Assembly (NCBI GenBank): GCA_020184695.1
Contig: JAANOX010000095.1
Span: 124,001 to 188,000 of the forward strand
Reading direction: 5' to 3'
DNA from: Histomonas meleagridis 2922-C6/04-290x
Lineage: Eukaryota > Protista > Parabasalia
DNA: 64,000 nt
A model generated the notes under the pieces. It was given only the letters and a program-made list of their open reading frames with translations. It was not told where the DNA came from and did no database searches. Positions 56,745 through 64,000 of the stretch are shown here, one piece after another (the stretch's first letter is position 1; the number at the start of each line of letters is the position of its first letter). Made by a program: the position numbers and the translations under genes.

Positions 56745-58175
56745 ATGAGCAAAAAACCTCAATCTTTTGCTCTGGAAACACCACAAGAAATAACTTCTTC
56801 CACTACACAATCTTCAAGGGCTTCCAGTGGACAAAGGTCACGTTATAAAAATCCATTTAGAGTTCCTGATGATAATGAATTTTTTGCAATGCGAGCAGCG
56901 CAAAAACAGAGGAAAGAATCTAGTTTACAGCAGCTTAGTAATTCTAGTTTATCTAGATCATCTAGCAACCAAATAAATTACAGACAATTAACAAAAACTC
57001 AAACAAAACCAATGTCTGAAGAAATGAAAACACTAAATCAACTCATATTATCACCTGATTCAAACCAAGTTCAAGAAGGGATCCAAGATTTTATCCAACA
57101 AAAAAGGGAAATATTTTTATCTCAACTTGCTATCGATACAAAACTCCAAGAACTCGAACGTCTTGATCAAATAGAGCGTAATGAAGAAGAACATCTCAAA
57201 GCCAAAGAAGCTGAGATAAAACTTTTTCGTGATCAATTTAATGCGTTTCTTGAAAATGATAGCAAGGCCACAATGGAAGCACGACAAGCAGCTGAGATTA
57301 AATCCAAACAATGCATTGAAGTTTCCATGCAAATCAAACAGATCTCATCACAAATCTCAGCTCTTCGAAGCGAGATAGCACACTCTGACGAAAAGCTTCA
57401 AGAATGTCAAAGCTACAAAGCCTTTCTTGAAAGTCTTACTCCAGCATCGTGGCGCAAAGAACATCCATTTCCTGAGATGTACTTCAAAGACCCGCAACAA
57501 CTATTAACAATACTAAAATCGCTTGAGGAACAAAACATGTTTCTCATCCGCCATTGCCAAGAAGCAGAAGAAGCAGTTGAACGATGTCGACAACAATTCA
57601 ATGCTTTACTTGAATCTCGAGATGAATCGATTACTGCAATGATGGACGCCAAGTCAAATAAAGAGAAAGAGCTCACCGAAATTAAAGAGAGGAATGAGCA
57701 ATACAAAGTCAACAATGAATTTTCACATGGGAATGAAATTAATGAAGATCAACTTCATGAGTTACAGAGATCGATAACAGAGTTCCATAGTGAACTCGGG
57801 TTTGATGCATCATCAATAAATGATACTGTTACAATGTTAAGAAGAATAGAAGAGAAAATGGAAGAAATAACTAAAAAATTATCAAGTGTCGACCCGATGG
57901 TATTGAAAAAATATGCGCAAGAAAAAGAAAAAATTAGAAGAAATCAAGAAAGAACAGAAAAGAACATAAGAGACAAAGAGGAACAGGAAATGAAAGCAAA
58001 AAGGGCCATAGAATTGGCAATGAAACCAATAAAGAGAAGAAACGGAAGACCATTGTTGGAAAGAACAATGCCGAAGAGACAACAAAGCAGAGAGAAGAGA
58101 GAGGAAAGAATGAAGCAAAAAGTAGCTCAACAAAAAGCTGATGAAGAACTGTTGTATGGTATGATTTGGGATTAA
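56745..58175 (+). CDS. Coiled-coil flagellar protein, CFAP100/CCDC38-like (DUF4200)
   Basis: FIQQKREIFLSQLAIDTK, FRDQFNAFLEND, YKAFLESLTP.SW, YFKDPQQLL..L..LEEQNMFLI. Confidence 0.75.
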   Translation: MSKKPQSFALETPQEITSSTTQSSRASSGQRSRYKNPFRVPDDNEFFAMRAAQKQRKESSLQQLSNSSLSRSSSNQINYRQLTKTQTKPMSEEMKTLNQLILSPDSNQVQEGIQDFIQQKREIFLSQLAIDTKLQELERLDQIERNEEEHLKAKEAEIKLFRDQFNAFLENDSKATMEARQAAEIKSKQCIEVSMQIKQISSQISALRSEIAHSDEKLQECQSYKAFLESLTPASWRKEHPFPEMYFKDPQQLLTILKSLEEQNMFLIRHCQEAEEAVERCRQQFNALLESRDESITAMMDAKSNKEKELTEIKERNEQYKVNNEFSHGNEINEDQLHELQRSITEFHSELGFDASSINDTVTMLRRIEEKMEEITKKLSSVDPMVLKKYAQEKEKIRRNQERTEKNIRDKEEQEMKAKRAIELAMKPIKRRNGRPLLERTMPKRQQSREKREERMKQKVAQQKADEELLYGMIWD

Positions 58176-58542
58176 CTTGTTTTATTAGATGTTATTATGT
58201 GTATGTATATAAATGTTTTTATATAAAATAATGTTTATAAATCTTTTGTTCGGAAATTAAAAGGAATTTATGAAAAAAATTTAATTGGCCTCTTCTATTA
58301 CTATTAGTATTTTTTTGTAGAGGTGCCCCCCGTTTTTTGAATGGCTTCTATATTTAAATCGATCAATTTCGACACAAAAATCGGTCGATAAATGAATCCA
58401 CATATTTCAATTTTTTCTGAGAACCGATGATATCATCGTCTTTCTGACTATATTTTGAAGTAAACTATTCAAAGCATTTAAATGGTTTTTTCAGCGTTTT
58501 GTCACATTTACTTTTATTCACTCTAAATTTGGACTTGAGAAA

Positions 58543-60208
58543 ATGACAAATTTAAAAAAGCCTGATCAAACAGAAATAATCTTCGAGCTCAAGCAGACAA
58601 TTTTTGGTCTAAATGAAAGAAATGTTGAACAATCAGCAAGATCAGTAATTGACAAATTTGATGAAAATCATTTTTTATCGTTTAATATTGTCATAACCCA
58701 AATGATATACATATTGTTCACTCTAAAAACGGACGGTTTAGATATCTATTTGAATTTTATGAAACATATTGAAGCATTTGAAGAAAGCAAAAAAAGCAAT
58801 TCAAAGATATTTGATGTCTTCAATAAGCTTGTTTTTGACAAAAGGACTCAAGAATCATTTTATATTCTTGAATACATGGTTGAACATAACTTTCTTGATC
58901 CAGAAATTATTATCAATTCAAGATTAGAATATGGTCTTGTTTCTCCATATTTCATACATTTATTACCTGAAACGATGGAAGATTTACAATATTGTAAATT
59001 TGCGGATCAAGTCCAAGAAAATTATGAAGAACTTTCGAAGAATGATTGGGCACTTCATAAGCAATTAATTCGAGAAGGAGTTAATCAGAATGAAATTGCG
59101 AGAATAATTCGGAATGATGAAATCGAAAAACTTCAAGAAATAACATCGCAAAGCGAATTTGATTTTGATCAAACAATTCCAAAATCACTTTATGAAAGAT
59201 GTTCATTTATTAATCATAAAAATGTTACATTAATTGATTATGCAGCATTTTTTGGATCAATTAAATGTTTTAAATATTTACTTATGAATGGCGCAAATGT
59301 ATCAAACACAGGTAAATATGCAGTTGCAGGTGGAAATATAGAGATAATTCATTTATGTGAACAAAATCATTCAACATTTGAAGACGCATATAAAACATCG
59401 ATTAAGTTTTATAAAAATGATGTTTTTAAATATCTTTATGAAAACCAAGTTGAAGAAATTAATAATATCGAAGAAATAGGATGTCACTGTATTATATATT
59501 ATAACTATGAAATTTTAAGATTTTTAGAAGAGAAAGGAATGAAAATTCAAGATGATATCATTAATACATCAGCGAAACTTGGAAATATATTTCTTACGAA
59601 ACATTTTCTTCAAAATTATCAAATTCCAAAAGATATATTAAACTATTCAATCGAATCTGACAACATTGAACTTGAGAAATATATTATAGAACAAGAAGGA
59701 ATTGATATTAATGCTAAAGATATTTATTTGTTTTGTATGAAATTTTTTTGATTTATATGAAATTTATTGATTTTATTTAATAATAATTTATATCTTTTAA
59801 TACACCACTTATCCTTGCTGTGTGTTATCATAATTTAGAAATGGTTAAATTAATTCTTGAGAAAGGAAACATTGAACTAAATGTTCAAACAATTGTTTGT
59901 ATAAATTATTTTTTATTTGATAATTTTGTTTGGAAATTGTTTATTTTATTTATGACTGCACTCATGTTGGCATGTTTTAATGGTTATACCGAAATAGTAA
60001 AATTACTTCTTCAACAAGATGGAATTGATATCAACGTGAGTAATGAAGTATATTTAAATTTTTTATTTATTTTCATGTTTTGATTTATGTATACATTTTT
60101 TGGAATATATTCGAATTATTCGAAACAGCAATTATGTTTGCAGAAACAAATGGTCACGAAGAAATTGTTGAGTTACTTAATAATCACAAATTAAATGAAA
60201 GTATTTAA
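58543..60208 (+). CDS. DUF3447-ankyrin gene: intact 5' ORF (58543..59751) followed by three linker-separated ankyrin modules; final stop 60206-60208
   Basis: DUF3447-type IDYAAFFGSIKCFKYLL...AVAGGNIEIIHL. ORF runs out of EQEGIDINAKD into an 80-nt linker (59722-59801). Modules at 59802, 59955 and 60125. Confidence 0.85.
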
Positions 60209-60363
60209 AAATAGAAACTTAAGTGAATAAAAATCACTTATAAAATATTTTATTTTATTTTTCATTTTACTTATTTCATGTATTCGAAATAATTTTCATA
60301 TACATACAAACAAAGTCATCCACAAATGAATTTTAAACAAAACATTTTATTTATAACATATGT

Positions 60364-61035
60364 TCATGAAATACAAGAAAACTTTGAAATGGTTCGAGAT
60401 GAAATAAGAGAATTCAACGTATTATAGGAAAGTATTGTATGTAAAATTGTACTCACAGGAATGCTTTGATCACTCGAATACATTCCACCATTAAGCTCTG
60501 TTGATTTTTTGAGAATTAAACTAATGAACCGACGTAAGAAATCTAAAATTAAGATCATTGAATTTTCATCAAAAGTTATCGTTTCCTTATTTAATCTCCC
60601 AGAGATTATCGACTTAAGTTGGTTAAGTGAAGGTAAATGTCCTAGATCTGAAACAAAGAAAGATTTTAATTGAGTTACAGGAAATTCTTGATAATTTGGT
60701 TGTGTTTTTTTCTTCTTGATTGGAGCTCTTTCTCTTGGCGGAAGCTCAACATTTGGTGGTGGAATTACTGAAAAATGCGCATTATATATGATTGCTCGAA
60801 TTAATTCATTATGGAGATACTTTGCTTTGCTGTTATCAAGATATATTTCCATTACATCATCAAACTTTGTTTTTGAGCATTTACCACAAATAAACGATGA
60901 AAAAGTATCCCAATATTCTTTATCGCTTACCAAAGAATATAGTTCTTTTCTTATCGACAATACATCTTTCCTATTTTTATATATTTGCATTGAGTTTTGA
61001 AGTCTTTTTTCTTCAAGTGATAGTTTTTCATTCAT
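60364..61035 (-). CDS. Ada1/TADA1 (SAGA-Tad1)-like protein with a histone-fold-like C-terminus
   Basis: YWDTFSSFICGKCSKTKFD...YLHNELIRAII parallels TADA1 YWANLKLWFKQKISKEEFD...HSHNDFLLAIL (from memory); C-terminal helices ILDFLRRFISLILKKS. Confidence 0.55.
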   Translation of the reverse strand: MNEKLSLEEKRLQNSMQIYKNRKDVLSIRKELYSLVSDKEYWDTFSSFICGKCSKTKFDDVMEIYLDNSKAKYLHNELIRAIIYNAHFSVIPPPNVELPPRERAPIKKKKTQPNYQEFPVTQLKSFFVSDLGHLPSLNQLKSIISGRLNKETITFDENSMILILDFLRRFISLILKKSTELNGGMYSSDQSIPVSTILHTILSYNTLNSLISSRTISKFSCIS

Positions 61036-61690
61036 ATGATTAACGGACTCCAATTTTGCCTGCAAAAGTCCAAGTGCGAAACGAAAATATGGAATAGAAC
61101 ATGTTTTTTACTTAACTAAAAAAACATGGTCTTTATTTAGCGTCAAGCAGCACTTATTCTACATATACTTCCAAAACTGTGTTTAATCAATAACTTGGCA
61201 TACAAATACAGGACATGCTCGGATCGATTTTTCTTATAATTTCTAATTATTTTAAGAAATTATAGTATGCGTAAATAGTTATATTTTTAATCTCATATAT
61301 TAGTTTATAAATTAATTTTTGAAATATGTTTCTGTCGAAGAAAAATCAGTATATTTTAATCGTATTCACATAAAGTATTGAAATAAAAGCACTTTTTCAA
61401 GATATTTTTTAACGGTCCACTCAGTTGTCATGGTTTACGACAATAGGTTCTCAATAATTGTCAATGTGTAGCTGTTTAAGAGTTTAACACGCAACGATAA
61501 AAACTGATTTAAAAAGTGGAAATTATACAAAAAGTGAAATTCACGATCAAAAACAAGTGTAAAAGTCGTTCGTTTAAATACTTTATTAAAAGTTTCTCAA
61601 AAAAACCTTTTCGAAAAAGATGACACGAAAAAAAAATTTCATTTAGAATATACGATATTTTATTACTTATATGGTATATATTTATCTAAA

Positions 61691-63058
61691 TTACATTTGT
61701 TGAATAAATTTTTCTTCTTTAAAATCATCTGCAAAAGGATCTTCTTCAATATTTGAGATAGATATTCCTGTTGCGAATGTGTTTGCAGTTTGATTATCAT
61801 TTTGTTGTTCTGATATTTCATTTTCATCAATTTCTTCTTTTTTATTTTTAATTCGAATCAATAATATCACAAGTAATAAAATTATAATAACAATAACAAC
61901 AACACAAACGATTATTATGATAATTGTTGTTTTATTATCATTTGTCTGAATTTCATTTTGATAAATAAATGTAAAGAAATTCGAATAATAATTGTAATAT
62001 GTCGAATAAATAATAACTGTGTAATCATAATAAATAAATTCTGTTTCGATATAAATACATTCAAGTGCATAACAATTACTAAATGCTGAACCTCCAATTT
62101 CGTTTATTCCATAGCCAAGTGTTAATATTCTTAAATTAGAACATGATGAAAATGCAAAATTGTCAATTGTTGTAACTGAATTTGGAATTGTAATGTTTTT
62201 GATTGATGAACATAATGAAAATGATGATTGTCCAATAGTTGTAACATTATCTCCAAAAATAATCATTTCTAAATGTGAACATGAAGAAAACACATAAACT
62301 CCAATATCTGATACTGAATTTCCAAAATTAACTGAAATAACGGATGACCATTCTGAAAATGAATTACCTGGAATCGTATAAATTCCTTCACTGATAATTA
62401 TAAATTTAGTGTTATCTTTAGATTCATTAATATCACTAAAATCATTTTCATTTATTATTGTTAATGTTGAATTATCAGTATAAAATATTTGAAAAGAATT
62501 CATGAAAAACACAACAAAAATTAAAACATTTTTATGTTTTTTATTTTCGCTTGTTTTAAATTTATTAATTAAAACTTTAATTTCATAAAATAAGAAAAAC
62601 CCCAAAATAAAAAAGTTCTGCATTAGAACTTGTACAGTTTCATTGAATTTGAACATTTTCTTCATGAAACAATTATTCAGAGAAATTGGTGTATGAGCAT
62701 TTAATGAAAAATGATTAAATACTAAAGAAAAGAATCTGAAATAATGTTTAACATATGAAAAAGGTAATGTTAACAAAGGGAAATGAAACTGATGTTTTCT
62801 TGGGCTGATGTTAAATGGATTTGATTCACTATCTTTTAGCATAACAAAGTTTGTTACTTTGCTAGATACATTCTCTTTGTTATGACATGAAAATATAAAG
62901 TAAATATCCATTTTGGATTCTAAAGTAAGGAAAGGCAATTGCCTGAGAGTTTGGAAAATAGATAATTGATCAAGAAAAATCTTTGAACCTGAATTTTCTG
63001 GAGAAATTTGTAATAAGCAAAAGAAATACATGGGGAAAGCCAAGAAGAAAAAAGACAT
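61691..63058 (-). CDS. Short BspA-like membrane protein (about 5 LRRs, no stalk)
   Basis: STLTIINEND, ITIPNSVTTIDNFAFSSC, TM IIIIIVCVVVIVIIILLLVIILI, tail EEDPFADDFKEE. The real start is probably well downstream of 63058. Confidence 0.8.
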   Translation of the reverse strand: MSFFFLAFPMYFFCLLQISPENSGSKIFLDQLSIFQTLRQLPFLTLESKMDIYFIFSCHNKENVSSKVTNFVMLKDSESNPFNISPRKHQFHFPLLTLPFSYVKHYFRFFSLVFNHFSLNAHTPISLNNCFMKKMFKFNETVQVLMQNFFILGFFLFYEIKVLINKFKTSENKKHKNVLIFVVFFMNSFQIFYTDNSTLTIINENDFSDINESKDNTKFIIISEGIYTIPGNSFSEWSSVISVNFGNSVSDIGVYVFSSCSHLEMIIFGDNVTTIGQSSFSLCSSIKNITIPNSVTTIDNFAFSSCSNLRILTLGYGINEIGGSAFSNCYALECIYIETEFIYYDYTVIIYSTYYNYYSNFFTFIYQNEIQTNDNKTTIIIIIVCVVVIVIIILLLVILLIRIKNKKEEIDENEISEQQNDNQTANTFATGISISNIEEDPFADDFKEEKFIQQM

Positions 63059-64000
63059 TCGTGAGAAAACTTGGGAAACTTGTTAATAAATCAGTCAAAA
63101 ACGATACAGAGAGCTTCAATCGCTTCGCCTTTTCGTGGTTTCGTTGGTTAAACTTTTGCTGGTATGCGTTTTATTGTTTTTGCGATCGGAAGATGTTCAC
63201 AATGCTGTAACACAATGTTTTTATAAAAAGTGACAGAAAATTCCCTCGTTTCAATCCTGGAAACAGCCAAAAAAATGAAAGAAAGAAGATGACATCGTTC
63301 ATAAATACCAAATAACAGATTTTTGAATAAAAAACGCTCAAAAAGTTTTTTCCAACACAATTAACAGACAAATGTATTGAATTTTGAATGCAATTTCCCA
63401 AAACAACCGTTAAAAAATGTGAAATTTCATCATTAATGTTTGCAATGGAAAAAGGTTACACATAAATCGGTCATGTGCTTCTTTAACAAAATATAATTTA
63501 TTATTAATGTTTAAGATATTTATACATTTTTTCTAAAAATCATTTCAAATAATTAATTCCTCAAGATAAACTTCGATATTCTAGGCAGCAAGAATTTTGC
63601 ACCAGTCAAAAAACATACTGAATTATATATGGTGTTAATATTTCTTGCACAAAAATTTCCACATTTCAATAAAACAACAAATTTAATATTTTGAATTAGT
63701 TTTAACAGGTTTTCATATTAAACAAAATAATTTGGAAAATTTTAATTTATGTAATTGCATATTTGCATCTAAAATTGAACAATAATCCAATATAAAAAAG
63801 GAAACAAGTTTTAATATCAAAACAATAAAATCTTTTTATATTGCAAAAATGTCCAAAAAAATTTGTTTATTAATCAAACTTTGCAAAAAGAAATTTTTTT
63901 TTACTCTGTGGGATATTGTGGTAAAAAGCTTCCCTCTGTTTCCTTTTCTTTAACAAGAACATCATTTGATGATTCATCAACTTGCTTTGATTTCTTTGGT

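Overview
AT-rich eukaryotic DNA with essentially intronless housekeeping genes. The gene content (BspA/TpLRR surface proteins, DUF3447-ankyrin genes, TKL kinase, TBC and RhoGAP proteins, Inr-like TCAY motifs just before ATGs) points to a parabasalid, probably Tritrichomonas-like; this is an inference. Recognisable genes: capping protein beta, a HAP40-like TPR protein, PH-RhoGAP, ARM protein, aldo-keto reductase, TBC Rab-GAP, TKL kinase, SLX1, LRR protein, MLH1, cullin, MIF4G-like protein, EF-hand protein, CFAP100/CCDC38-like protein and an Ada1-like protein. There is also a four-copy tandem BspA array, two further BspA genes, a dead Tc1 (DD34E) transposon, a MITE and a 26-nt minisatellite. The most unusual signal is in five separate ankyrin loci (1-3288, 8418-9200 minus, 27963-28733, 34674-36719, 58543-60208). 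In each, ~30-codon ankyrin modules that look under coding constraint are separated, always in the ankyrin beta-hairpin loop, by an AT-rich linker with no invariant GT-AG. The linker is usually exactly 80 nt and is built of 20-nt subunits (60, 80, 140 and 160 nt occur). Most linkers shift the frame or contain stops, so a full-length protein would need a removal step (non-canonical splicing, ribosomal bypassing or DNA-level excision), or else the modules are a silent cassette library. None of these mechanisms can be confirmed from DNA alone.
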